A DNA stretch of 64,000 nt. Origin: the human T2T-CHM13v2.0 reference genome, Homo sapiens. Both the position numbers and the translations under genes were made by a program. Position 1 is the stretch's first letter; every line of letters begins with the position of its first letter. The notes under the pieces were generated by a model that saw only the letters and a list, made by a program, of their open reading frames with translations, was not told the DNA's origin and ran no database searches. The stretch is from the NCBI RefSeq assembly GCF_009914755.1, contig NC_060940.1. One strand, 5' to 3'. Below, piece after piece: positions 43,201 through 58,225 of the stretch.

Positions 43201-46200
43201 CCGATGATTTCTTTTGAGCCCATTCAATGCTTCCACTCGATTCCATATGATGATGACTCCATTCGATGAAATTCGATGATGATTCCATTCGCTTGCATTC
43301 GATGATGATTCCACTTGAGTCCATTAGAAGATTCTATTCAATGTTATTCGATGATTCCATTCGATCTCATTCGATGATGATTCCATTCAACTCCATTCGA
43401 TGTTTCCATTCGAGTTCATTCTATTATTCCATTAGATTCCATTCGATGATGATTCCATTCGATTCCATTTGATGATTGCATTCTATTTCATTTGATGATG
43501 ATTCCATTCGAGTCCACTCGATGATTCCATTCGAGTCCATTTAATGAATCCATTGGTTTCAATTCTATGATGATTACATTGGATTCCATTCGTTGATGAT
43601 TTCATTCGGTTCCATTCAATGATGATTCAATTCAATTCCTTTCAATGTTTCCATTCAATTCCATACGATGATTATTCCATTTGATTTGATTCGACAGTGA
43701 GCCATTCGATTCAATTCCATGATGATTCTATTTGATTCCATTGGTTGACATTTCCATTCGATTCCATTCGATGATGATTCCCTTTGATTCCATTCAAAGA
43801 TGATTCCATTCTAGCCCATTCAATCATTCCATTCGATTCTATTCAATGATGATTCCATTCATGTCGATTTGGTGATTCCATTTGACTTCATTTGATGATG
43901 ATTCCTTTCAAGTTCATTAGATGATTCCATTCGATTCCATTTGATGATGATCCCATTCGAGTCCATTCAGTGATTCCACTCGTTTCCATTCCATGATGAT
44001 TCCATTCCATTCCATGCAATGATTCCATTCGATTCCGTTTGATGATGATTTCATTCGAGTCCATTTGATGATTCCATTTGATTCCATTCGATGATGATTC
44101 CATTCGAGTCCATTCGATGATTCTATTCGAATCCATTTGATGATTTCTTTTGATTATAGTTGGTGATGATTCCATTGGAGTCCATTCAATGATTCCATTC
44201 GATTCCAATCGATGGTGATTCCATTAGAGTCCATTTAATGATTCCATTTGATTCCAGTCTCTGATGATTACATTTGAGTCCATACGATGATTCCACTCAA
44301 TTCCATATGATGATGATTCCATTCGATTCCATTCGATGATTCCATTCTATTCTATTCAATGGTGATTCCATTCGAGTACATTAGATGATTCCATTCGATT
44401 CCATTCAATGATGATTCTATTTGTGTCCCTTAGATGATTCCACATGATTCCATTAGATGATGATACTATTTGAGCCCATCCAATGATTCCCTTCGATTCC
44501 ATTCGATGAGGATTCCATTCGATTCAATTCATTGGTGATTCTATTCAATTCAATTCTTTGATTCCATTCCATTCCATTCGACAATGATTCCATTCGATTT
44601 CTTTCGATGATTCCACTCGATTCCACTTGACATTGATTCCCTTCGATTCCATTCAATGATTCCATTTGATTCCAGTGGATGATGATTGCCATCGATTCCA
44701 TTTGATCACTCCATTCTATTCCACTTGATGATGATTACATTCGATTCCATTTGACGATTCCATCTGATTCTATTCGAGGATTCCATTTGATTCCATTCGA
44801 TGATGATTCCATTCGAGTCCATTCGATGATATCATTCGAGTACATCCAATGATTCCATTCGAGTCCATTTGATGATTCCATTTGATTCCATTTGATAATG
44901 ATTCTACTAGAGTCCATTCAATGACTCCATTGGAGTCCATTCAACAATTCCATTCGACTCCATTTGATGATTCCATTGGATTCCATTTGATGATTCCATT
45001 CGAGTCCATTTAATCATTACAGTCGAGTCCATTTGGTGATTCCACCGGATTTCTTTTGATAATGATACCATTCAATTACATTTGATGATGATCCCATTCA
45101 ATTTCATTTGATGATGATTCCATTAGAGTCCATTCGATGATTTCATTCGAGTCCCTTCATTGATTCCATCCGATTTCATTGGATGATGACTCCATTCGAG
45201 TCCATTCGATGATTCCACTCGATTCCATTAGATGATTCCATTGGAGTCCATTTGATTGTTCCATTCGATTCCATTCGATTCCTTTCGAAGATTATTCCAT
45301 TTGAGTCCATTCGATGATGATTCCATTCCATTCCATTCGATGATTCCGTTTGATTCCATTCGATGATTCCCTTCGATTCCTTTCTTTGATGATTCCATTC
45401 CATTCCATTCAATGATTCCATTCGAATCTATTCCATGATGATTCCTTTCGATTCCATTCGCTGATGTTTCCGTTCAATTCCATTCGATGATGATTCCATT
45501 CGATTCCATTCATTGAGGATTCCATTTGATTCCATTCAATGATGATTCCGTTCTATTCTATTCAATGATTGCATTCAATTCCATTCAGTGATTATCCCCT
45601 TAGAGTAAACTCAACGATTCCATTCAATACCATTCGATGATGATTCCTTTTGAGTCCATTCAATGATTTCATTCAAGTCCATTTGATGATTCCTTTCAAT
45701 TCCATTCTATGATGATTCCATTCGAGTCCATTCGATGATTCCATTCGATTGCATTCGATGATTCCATTATATTCCAGTCAACAATGAATCCATTCGAGTC
45801 CATTCGATGATTCCATTAGAGTACATTTAATGATTGCTTTGTTTTCAATTCGAAGATGATTACATTGGATTCCATTCTATGATACCATTCGATTCCATTC
45901 AATGATGATTCCACTCAAATCCATTGGATGATTCCATTCGTGTCCATTCGGTGATTTCCTTAGATTCCATTCGAGGATGATTCCATTCGATTCCATTCGA
46001 TGATTCCATTCAATTCCATTCGAGGATGATTCCATTCCAGTCCATATGATCATTCCATTTGATTTCATTCGATGATGATTCCATTCGATTCCATTCGATG
46101 ATTCCATTCTATTCCATTCGATGATGATTCCATTCGAGTCCATTCGATGATTCCATTCGAGTCCATTTAATGATTCCATTGGGTTCAATTCAATGATGAT

Positions 46201-46433
46201 TACATTGGATTCCGTTCTATGATTCCATTCAATTCCGTTCATTGACAATTTGATTCCATTCGATGATGATTCCATTTGAGTTCATTCGATGATTCTATTC
46301 GATTCTCTTCGATGGTGATTCAATTCTATTATATTGGATGATTCCATTCGATTCCATTTGATGTTGATTCAATTCGATTCTATTCGATGATGATTCCATT
46401 GGATTTCACTTGATGATTCTATTCGATTCCATT
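40299..46433 (+). repeat. Full HOR copy, 6,135 bp (+98-bp duplication at 41263-41458, -75-bp deletion at ~43341)
   Basis: Marker at 40299 and 46434; 6112+98-75=6135; otherwise close to copies 1-5. Confidence 0.93.
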
Positions 46434-48916
46434 CAATGATGATTCACTTCTCGTCCATTGGATGATTCCATTTCATTCCATTCGATGATGATTCCATTCG
46501 ATTCCATTCGATGATTCCATTTGATTCCATGCGTCGGTGAGCAATTCGATTCAATTCCATGATGATTCTATTTGATTCAATTAGATGATGTTTCCATTCG
46601 AATCCATTCCATGATTATTCCATTGGAATCCATTCGGCGATGATTCCATATGAGTCAATTCAATGATGATTCCATATGGGTCCGTTCGATGATAATTCCA
46701 TTTGATTTCATTCGGTGCTTCTATTCAATTCCAGTCGATGATGATTCCGTTGGAGTCCATACGATGATTCCATTTGATTTCATTTGATGATGATTCCATT
46801 CGATGATGATTACATTGGATTCCATTCTATGATTCCATTCAATTCCATTCGTTGATGATTCGATTCCATTCAATGATGATTCCATTTGAGTTCATTCGAT
46901 GATTCTATTCGATTCCGTTCGATGGTGATTCAATTCTCTTATATTGGATGATTCCACTCGATTCCATTTGATGATTATTCCATTGCAGTCCACTTAGGGA
47001 ATCCTTCAGATTCTTCTCGAAGATGAATCCATTCAAGTCCATTCAATCATACCATTCAATTTCATTCGTTGATGCTTCCATTCAAGTGCATTCGATGATA
47101 TCATTCGATTCCATTTGATGATAATTCCATTTGATTCCATGCGATGATTCTATTCGATTCCATTCAATGATAATTCCATTCAGTTCAGTGATTCCTCTGA
47201 ACTCCATTTGATGATGATTCCATTCAATGATTCCATTCGATTCTATTCCAAAATGATTCCATTTGAATCCATTTGATGATGATTCCATTAGATTCCATTT
47301 GATGATTCCATTCGATTCCATGCGACGATGATTCCATTCAATTCCATGTGATGATTCCATTCTATTCTATTCGATGATGATTCCATTCGATTCCATTCGA
47401 TGATGATTGGATTCGATTCCATTTGATGATTTCATTTGATTCCATTCGTTAATGATTTCGATCAATTCCATTCGATGATTCCATTCGATTCCATTCGATA
47501 ATGATTACATCCGTGTCCATTCAATGATTCCATTTGAGCCTGTTCGATAATTCCATTTGAGTCCAACCAATGATTCCATTCATTTCCCTTCAATGATTCC
47601 ATTCGAGTCCATTTGATCATTCCGGTAGGGTCCATTCGATGTTGATTCCATTGGAGTGCATTCGATGATTCCATTCGAGTCTATTTTATGATTTGATTCG
47701 AGTCCTTTCGATGATTCCATTCGATTCCACTCGATGATGATTTCATTCGAGTCCATTCGACACTTCCAATCGATTCCATTTGATGTTTCCATTCGAGTCC
47801 AATTGATGATTCCATTCAATTCCATTCGATGATGATTCCGTACGATTCCATTCTGTGATGATTCCATGTGATTGCATTCAATGATGATTCCTTTAGATTG
47901 CATTCGATTGTGATTCATTTCGTCTTCATTCTATGGTTCCACTGGTTTCCATTCGTGTCCATTCCATTATTCCATTCTATTCCATTTGATGATGATTCCA
48001 TTCGATTCCATTCATTGGTGATTCCACTCAATTCCATTCAATGATTCCATTCCATTTCTTTCAACAATGATTCCATTACTTTCTAATCGATGATCCACTT
48101 GATTCCATTTGACGACGATTCCATTCTTGTCCATTCGATGATTCCATTTGATTCCATATGATGATGATTCCATTCGATTCCATACCATGATGATTCCATT
48201 CGAGTCCATTCAATGGTGATTCCATTCAATTCCATTCGATGATTCCTTTTGATTCCATTCGATGATGATGGCATTCGATTCCTTTCAATCATACCCTTTG
48301 ATTCCATTCAAAGGTGATTTCATTCAAGTCCATTCGATAATTGCATTCGATTCCATTCTATGATGATTCCATTCGAGTCCATTTGATGATTCCATTCAAT
48401 TCAAGTCAATGATGATTCCATTCGATTCCATTCGATGATTCCATTGGATTCCATTCGATGATGATTCCATTCAAATCCATTCGATAATTCAATTCAAGTC
48501 CATTCGATGATGATTAAAATCGAATCCATTCAAAGATTCCATTCAGTTCCATTCGATGATTCCCTTAGATTCCATTCGATGATTCCACTTGATTTCATTT
48601 ACGATGATTCCATTTGATTCCATGTGATGATTCCATTCAATTCTATTCAATGCTGTTTCCATTTGATTCCATTCGACCATGATTGCCTTTGATTCCATTC
48701 AATGACTCCATTCGGTTCCTTTTGATGATGATTCCGTTCGATTCCATTTCATTATTCCATTTGATTCCATTGGATGAGTCCATTCGATTACATTCGATGA
48801 TTATTCCATTCGAGTGCATAAGATGATTCCATTCGAGTCCATTCGATGATTCCATTCGATTCCATTCGATGTTGATTCTGTTCAAATCCATTCGATGATT
48901 CCACTCGATTCCATTC
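46434..48916 (+). repeat. Partial HOR (unit positions 1-~2483)
   Basis: Constant offset 46433 to copy 1 up to ...ccactcgattccattc at 48916, after which the sequence switches to block X. Confidence 0.9.
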
Positions 48917-51010
48917 AGTGATGATTCCATTTGATTCCATCTGATGATGATTTCATTTGATTCCATTCGATGATGATTCCATTGGAGTCCATTGAATGAT
49001 TCAATTCAATTCCATTCCATGTGGATTCCATTCGAATTCATTCGATTATTCCATTCAAATCCCTTCGTTGATTCCATCTGATTCCACTTGACGATGATTC
49101 CATTCAAGTCCAATCGATGATTCAATTCGGTTCCATTCAGTGATTCCATTCGAGTCCATTTATGTATTATATTCGTGTCCACTTGATGACTCACTCCATT
49201 CAATTCCATTTAATGATGATTCCATTTGATTCCATTTGATGATTCAGTTCGATTCCTTACAATTATTCCCTACGATTCCTTTCTATGATGATTCCATTCG
49301 ATTCCATTCATTGATGATTCCATTCGACTCCATTCGATGATGATTCCTTTCGATTCCATTTGACGATGTTTCCATTTGAGTCCATTCGATGATGATTCAA
49401 TTCAGTTCTGTTCTATTATGAATCCATTCGATTTCATTCAATGCTTCTATTTGATTCCATTCGACGATGATTCCATCTCTTTCCCTTCGATGTTTCCATT
49501 TGATTCCATTCAGTGATGATTCCATTTGATTCCATCTGATGATGATTTCACTTGATTCATTTCAATGATGATTCCATTCAAGTCCATTCGATGATTCCAT
49601 TGGAGTCCAAACGATCATTCCATTCGATTCCATTCAATGATGATTCCATTCATGTCCATTCAATGAATCCTTTCAATTCCATTCGATGATGACTCCATTC
49701 GAGTACATTCGATGATTCCATTTGATTCCATTTGATGATGATTACATTCAATTCCATTCGAAGATGATTCCATTCAATTCCACTTGATGATGATTCCGTA
49801 TGAATCCATTCGCTGATTATTCCATTCGATTCCATTCATTGACGATTCCATTTGATTCCATTCAATGATGATGCTCTTCTATTCCATTCGATGATTCCGG
49901 TCGATTCCATTCGATGATGATTCCATTAGATTCCATTCGATTGTTGCATTCGATTCCCTTCGATGATGATTCCTTTGAATTCCATTCGATTATGATTCCG
50001 TATGAATCCATTTGATGATTATTCCATTGGATTCCTTTCGATGATGATTCCATTCGATTCCATTTGATGATGTTTCTCATGTATTCCATTTGATAATTCC
50101 TTTCAATTCCCTTCGATGATGATTCTTTCGAGTCAATTCGATGATTCTATTCCATTCCCTTCGATGATGATTCCATTTCACTCCATTCGATGATTCCATT
50201 CGATTCAATTTGGTGATGATTCAATTCGATGACATTCGATGACTCCATTCAATTTCATTTGATGATGATTACATTCGAGTCCATTTGATGATTGTATTCC
50301 TTTCCTTTTGATGATTATTCCATTCGTGTCTATTCAAAGATTCCATTCTATTCCATTCAATGATGATTCCAATTGATTCCATTCAATGATTATGGCTATC
50401 GATTCCACTCGTTGATTCCATTTGATTCCATTCGATGATTATTCCGTTAGATTCCATTAGGAGATTCCATTCGATTTTATTCAATGATTCCAATTGATTC
50501 CATTCAATGATGATTCCATTCGACTCCATTCAGTGATTCCATTTGAGTCCATTTGATGATTCCATTCGAGTCCATTTGATGATTCCATTCTTTTCCATTT
50601 GATGATGATTCCATTAGGGTCCATTCAATGATTCCATTCGAGTCCATTCGTTAATGCCTTTCGAGTCCTTTTGATCACTACATTCGAGTCCATTCAATGA
50701 TTCTATTCGATTCCATTCCATGATGATTCCATTCGAGTTCATTCGATGATTGCATTCGAGTCCATTTGATGATTCCATAAGATTCCATTCGACAATGATT
50801 CCATTCGTGTCCATTTGATGATTCCATTCATTTCCTATCGATGAAGATTCCATTCGAGTGTATTCGATGATTCCATTCAAATCCATTCGATGATGATTCC
50901 ATTCCAGTCCATTCGATCATTCCACTTGATTCCATTTGATGACTATTCCATTCAAATCCATTTGATGATTCCATTCGATTCCATTCGATGTTACCATTCC
51001 AGTATATACG
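48917..51010 (+). repeat. Non-HOR HSat2 block X, copy B (~2.1 kb)
   Basis: Same markers as 33349-35180 plus a 5' part (catgtggattccattcgaattc) that is also seen at 60014 onward and 60850 onward. Confidence 0.88.
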
Positions 51011-54000
51011 ATGATTCCACTCGATTCCATTTGATGATTATTCCATTGGAGTCGACTTAGTGAATCCTTTAGATTCTACTCGAAGATGATTCCATTCGAG
51101 TCCATTCGATGATACCATTCAATTCCATTCGTTGATGCTTCCATTCAAGTGCATTCGATGATATCATTCGATTCCATTTGATGATAATTCCATTTGATTC
51201 CATGTGATGATTCTATTCCATTCCATTCAATGATAATTCCATTCAATTCAGTGATTCCTCTGGACTCCATTTGATGATGATTCCATTCAATGATTCCATT
51301 CGATTCTATTCGAAAATGATTCCATTTGAATCCATTTGATGATGATTCCATTCGATTCCATTTGATGATTCCATTCGATTCCATTCGACGATGATTCCAT
51401 TCGATTCCATTTGATGATTCCATTCTATTCTATTCGATGATGATTCCATTCGATTCCATTCGATGATGATTGGATTCGATTCCATTTGATGATTTCATTT
51501 GATTCCATTCGATGATGATTTCGATCAATTCCATTCGATGATTCCATTCGATTCCATTTGATAATGATTACATCCGAGTCCATTCGATGATTCCATTTGA
51601 GCCCGTTCGATAATTCCATTTGAGTCCAATCAATGATTCCATTCATTTCCATTCAATGATTCCATTCGAGTCCATTTGATCATTCCGGTAGGGTCCGTTC
51701 GATGTTGATTCCATTGGAGTGCATTCGATGATTCCATTCGAGTCCATTTTAGGATTTGATTCGAGTCCTTTCGATGATTCCATTCGATTCCACTCGATGC
51801 GATGATGATTTCATTCGAGTCCATTCGACACTTCCAATCGATTCCATTTGATGTTTCCATTCGAGTCCAATTGATGATTCCATTCAATTCCATTCGATGA
51901 TGATTCCGTACGATTCCATTCTGTGATGATTCCATGTGATTGCATTCAATGATGATTTCTTTCGATTGCATTCGATTATGATTCATTTCGTGTTCATTCT
52001 ATGGTTCCACAGGTTTCACATCGTGTCCATTCCATTATTCCATTCTATTCCATTTGATGATGATTCCATTCGATTCCATTCATTGGTGATTCCACTCAAT
52101 TCCATTCAATGATTCCATTCCATTTCTTTCAACAATGATTCCATTAGTTTCTAATCGATGATCCACTTGATTCCATTTGACGACGATTCCATTCTTGTCC
52201 ATTCGATGATTCCATTTGATTCCATATGATGATGATTCCATTAGATTCCATACGATGATGATTCCATTCGAGTCCATTCAATGGTGATTCCATTCAATTC
52301 CATTCGATGATTCCTTTCGATTCCATTTGATGATGATGGCATTCGATTCCTTTCAATCATTCCCTTTGATTCCACTCAAAGGTGATTTCATTCAAGTCCA
52401 TTCGATAATTGCATTCGATTCCATTCTATGATGATTCCATTCGAGTCCATTTGATGATTCCATTCAATTCAAGTCAATGATGATTCCATTCGATTCCATT
52501 CGATGATTCCATTGGATTCCATTCGATGATGATTCCATTCAAATCCATTCGATAATTCAATTCACGTCCATTCGATGATGATTCCAATCGAATCCATTCA
52601 AAGATTCCATTCAATTCCATTCGATGATTCCCTTAGATTCCATTCGATGATTCCACTTGATTCCATTTACGATGATTCCATTAGATTCCATGTGATGATT
52701 CCATTCAATTCTATTCAATGATGTTTCCATTTGATTCCATTCGACCATGATTGCCTTTGATTCCATTCAATGATTCCATTCGGTTCCGTTTGATGATGAT
52801 TCCGTTCGATTCCATTTGATGATTCCATTTGATTCCATTGGATGAGTCCATTCGATTACATTCGATGATTATTCCATTCGAGTGCATTAGATGATTCCAT
52901 TCGAGTCCATTCGATGATTCTTTTCGAGTCCATTCGATGATTCCATTCGATTCCATTCGATGTTGATTCTGTTCAAATCCATTCGATGATTCCACTCGAT
53001 TCCATTCGATGACTCCATTTGATCCCATTCGATGATTTCCTTTGATTCCCTTTGATGATCATTCCATTTGATTCAATTCGGTGATTTCATTGGATTCCAT
53101 TCAGTGATGTTTCCATTCGACTCCATTCGATGATGATTCCATTCGACTACATTCGATTATGATTTCATTCAATTCCATTCGATAAAGATTCCCTTCGAGT
53201 CCAATCGATGATTCCATTCGATTCCATTCAACGATGATTTGATTCGTGTCCATTCGATGATTCCATTTGATTCCACTTGATGAGGATTCCATTCGAGTCC
53301 ATTTGATGATTCCATTCAATTCCATTCTCCGATGATTTCTTTTGAGCCCATTCAATGCTTCCACTCGATTCCATATGATGATGACTCCATTCGATGAAAC
53401 TCGATGATGATTCCATTCGCTTGCATTCGATGATGATTCCACTTGAGTCCGTTAGAAGATTCTATTCAATTACATTCCATGACGATTCCGTTCGAGTCCA
53501 TTTGATGATTCCATTAGACTCCATTCCACGATGATTCCATTCGATGTTATTCGATGATTCCATTCGATCTCATTCGTTGATGATTCCATTCAACTCCATT
53601 CGATGTTTCCATTCGAGTTCATTCTATTATTCCATTAGATTCCATTCGATGATGATTCCATTCGATTCCATTTGATGATTGCATTCTATTTCATTTGATG
53701 AGGATTCCATTCGAGTCCACTCGATGATTCCATTCGAGTCCATTTAATGAATCCATTGGTTTCAATTCTATGATGATTACATTGGATTCCATTCGTTGAT
53801 GATTTCATTCGGTTCCATTCAATGATGATTCCATTCAATTCCTTTCAATGTTTCCATTCAATTCCATACGATGATGATTCCATTTGATTTGATTCGACAG
53901 TGAGCCATTCGATTCAATTCCATGATGATTCTATTTGATTCACTTGGTTGACATTTCCATTCGATTCCATTCGATGATGATTCCATTTGATTCCATTCAA

Positions 54001-56212
54001 AGATGATTCCATTCTAGCCCATTCAATCATTCCATTCGATTCTATTCAATGATGATTCCATTCATGTCGATTTGGTGATTCAATTTGACTTCATTTGATG
54101 ATGATTCCTTTCAAGTTCATTAGATGATTCCATTCGATTCCATTTGATGATGATCCCATTCGAGTCCATTCAGTGATTCCACTCGTTTCCATTCCATGAT
54201 GATTCCATTCCATTCCATTCAATGATTCCATTCGATTCCGTTTGATGATGATTTCATTCGAGTCCATTTGATGATTCCATTTGATTCCATTCGATGATGA
54301 TTCCATTCGAGTCCATTCGATGATTCTATTCGAATCCATTTGATGATTTCTTTTGATTATATTTGGTGATGATTCCATTGGAGTCCATTCAATGATTCCA
54401 TTCGATTCCAATCGATGATGATTCCATTAGAGTCCATTTAATGATTCCATTTGATTCCAGTCTCTGATGTTTACATTCGAGTCCATACGATGATTCCACT
54501 CAATTCCATATGATGATGATTCCATTCGATTCCATTCGATGATTCCATTCTATTCTATTCAATGGTGATTCCATTCGAGTACATTAGATGATTCCATTCG
54601 ATTCCATTCAATGATGATTCTATTTGTGTCCCTTAGATGATTCCACATGATTCCATTAGATGATGATACTATTTGAGCCCATCCAATGATTCCCTTCGAT
54701 TCCATTCGATGAGGATTCCATTCGATTCAATTCATTGGTGATTCTATTCAATTCAATTCTTTGATTCAATTCCATTCCATTCGACAATGATTCCATTCGA
54801 TTTCTTTCGATGATTCCACTCAATTTCACTTGACATTGATTCCATTCGATTCCATTCAATGATTCCATTTGATTCCAGTGGATGATGATTGCCGTCGATT
54901 CCATTCGATCACTCCATTCTGTTCCATTTGATGATGATTACATTCGATTCCATTTGATGATTCCATCTGACTCTATTCGAGGATTCCATTTGATTCCATT
55001 CGATGATGATTCCATTCGAGTCCATTCGATGATTTCATTCGAGTACATCCAATGATTCCATTCGAGTCCATTTGATGATTCCATTTCATTCCATTTGATT
55101 ATGATTCTACTAGAGTCCATTCAATGACTCCATTCGAGTCCATTCAACAGTTCCATCCGAGTCCATTCGATGATTCCATTCGATTCCATTTGATGATTCC
55201 ATTTGAGTCCATTTAATCATTACAGTCGAGTCCATTTGGTGATTCCACTGGATTTCTTTTGATAATGATACCATTCAATTACATTTGATGATGATCCCAT
55301 TCAATTTCATTTGATGATGATTCCATTAGAGTCCATTCCATGATTTCATTCGAGTCCCTTCATTGATTCCATCCGATTTCATTTCATGATGACTCCATTC
55401 GAGTCCATTCGATGATTCCACTCGATTCCATTAGATGATTCCATTGGAGTCCATTTGATTGTTCCATTCGATTCCATTCGATTCCTTTCGAAGATTATTC
55501 CATTTGAGTCCATTCGATGATGATTCCATTCCATTCCATTCGATGATTCCGTTTGATTCCATTCGATGATTCCCTGCGATTCCTTTCTATGATGATTCCA
55601 TTCCATTCCATTCAATGATTCCATTCGAATCTATTCCATGATGATTCCTTTCGATTCCATTCGCTGATGTTTCCGTTCAATTCCATTCGATGATGATTCC
55701 ATTCGATTCCATTCATTGAGGATTCCATTGGATTCCATTCAATGATGATTCCATTCTATTCCATTCAATGATTGCATTCAATTCCATTCAATGATTATGC
55801 CATTAGAGTAAATTCAACGATTCCATTCAATACCATTCGATGATGATTCCTTTTGAGTCCATTCAATGATTTCATTCAAGTCCATTTGATGATTCCTTTC
55901 AATTCCATTCCATGATGATTCCATTCGAGTCCATTCGATGATTCCATTCGATTGCATTCGATGATTCCATTATATTCCATTCAACGATGATTCCATTCGA
56001 GTCCATTCGATGATTCCATTAGAGTACATATAATGATTGCTTTGTTTTCAATTCGAAGATGATTACATTGGATTCCATTCTATGATTCCATTCGATTCCA
56101 TTCATTGATGATTCCACCCGATTCCATTCGATGATGATTCCACTCAAATCCATTGGATGATTCCATTCGTTTCCAATTGGTGATTTCATTAGATTCCATT
56201 CGAGGATGATTC
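51011..56212 (+). repeat. Variant-type HOR (unit positions ~515-5662) with +5, +23 and +26 bp insertions
   Basis: Offset to copy 1 steps 50496->50501->50524->50550; colinearity ends after cgaggatgattc at ~56212. Confidence 0.87.
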
Positions 56213-58225
56213 TATTCGAGTCCATTCAATGATTCCATTGGATTCCGTTTGATAATGATTCCATTAGAGTTCATTCGATGATTCCCTTCGAGTCCATTCG
56301 ATTATTTCTTTTGATTCCATTTGATGATGATTCCATTCGATTCCATTCAATGATTCCATTCCATTCCATTCGATGATGATTCCATTCGATAATGATTACA
56401 TTCGAGCCCATGTGATGATTCCATTAGATTCTATTCAATGATGATTCCATTCGACCACATTCGATGATGGCATTCGAGTCCATTCGATGATTTCACTCGA
56501 TTCCACTTGATGATGATTCCTTTTGAGTCCATTTGATGATTACATTCGAGTCCATGAGATGACTCCATTCGATTCCATTTCATGATGATGCAATTCGAGG
56601 CTATTCGATCATCCCATTTTAGTGCATTCGGTGATTCTCTTTTATTACATTCGATGAGGGCTCCATTCGAGTCCATTCAATGATTCCATTAGATTCCACT
56701 CGATGATGATTCCATTTGAGTCCATTCAAAGATTCCTTTCGAGTCCATTCGATAATTCTATTGGATTCCACTAGGTGATGATTCCTTTCGAGTCAATTCG
56801 ATGATTCCTTTCAAGTGCCTTCAATGATTCCATTCGATTCCATTCGATGACGATTCATTTCAAGTCCATTCAATGGTTCCATTCTGTTGAATTTGATGGT
56901 TCCATTTGATTCCATTCGATGATGATTCCATTCGTGTCCATTGGATGATTCCATTCGATTCCTTTCGAGGAAGATTCCATTCGACTCCATTCGATGATTC
57001 CGTTCGATTCCATTCCATGATGATTCCATTTGATTCCATTCCATGATTCCATTCGATACCATTCGATGATGATTCCATTCGACTCCATTTGATGAATCCA
57101 TTCAATGCTTCCATTCGAGTCCATTCGATGATTCCATTCGATTCCATTCCATGAAGATTCCATTCGAGTACATTTGATGATTCCATTTAATTCCATAGGA
57201 TGATGATTCTATTAGGGTCCGTTGACTATTCCATTCAATTCCATTCGAAGATTCCATTCGAGTCCACTCGATGATTCTATTTGATTCCATTTGATAATTC
57301 CATTCGATTCCATTTGATGTTGATTCCATTCGAGTCCATTCGATCATTATTACATTTGATTCTATTCGATGATTCCATTCGATTCCATTTGATGAGGATT
57401 CCATTCGAGACCATTTGATGATTCCATTCAATTCCATTGGATGATTCCAATATTTTCCATTAGATGATGATTCCATTCGATTCCATTCAATGATGATTCC
57501 ATCAGAATCCATTCGATGATGACTCCTTTTGCTTCCATTCAATGATCATTACATTCGGTTCCATTCGATGATGATTCCTTTGGATTCCATTCGATGATGC
57601 TTCCATTCGATTCCATTTGATGATGATTCTTTTCGATTCCATTTGATGATGATTCCATTTGATTCCATTCGATGGTGATTCCATTTGATGATTCCATTCG
57701 ATTGTATTCGATGATGATTCCACTCGATTCTATTTGATGATGACTGCATTCGATTCCATTTGATGATTCCATTTGATTCCATTCGATGATGATTCTGATC
57801 AATTGCATTCGATGATCCATTCGATTCCATTTGATGGTTCCATTTGATTCCATTTGATAATGATTCCTTTCGAGTCCATTCGATGATTCCATTTGCGGAT
57901 ATTCGATAATTCCATTTGAGTCCAACCGATGATTCCATTCGAGGCCATTCAATCATTCTTTTTGAGTCCTTTCGATAAAGATTCCATTTTAGTCCATTCA
58001 ATAATTCCACTGGAGTCCATTCGATGATTGCTTTTAATTCCATTCGATGATATTCCATTCGAGTCCATTCGATGATTCCATTCGTTGCTATTAGATGATG
58101 ATTCCATTCATGACCATTTGGTGATTCCATTCGATTTCATTCGTTGATGATTCCATTCGAGTCCATTCCATGATTCCATTCAAGTCCATTTGATGATTTC
58201 TTTGAATTCAATTCGATGATGATTC
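56213..58225 (+). repeat. Non-HOR, more diverged HSat2 block Y (~2.0 kb), single copy in window
   Basis: Markers such as gcaattcgaggctattcgatc, gatgagggctcc, ccactaggtg and tttgcggatattcg were not seen elsewhere; HOR colinearity resumes at the unit position where it was left (~5660). Confidence 0.82.

Noticed and set aside
57102-58130. Longest ORFs (146-193 aa) clustered in block Y
   Set aside because: Same low-complexity satellite translation, open in multiple overlapping frames; a chance lack of stop codons.
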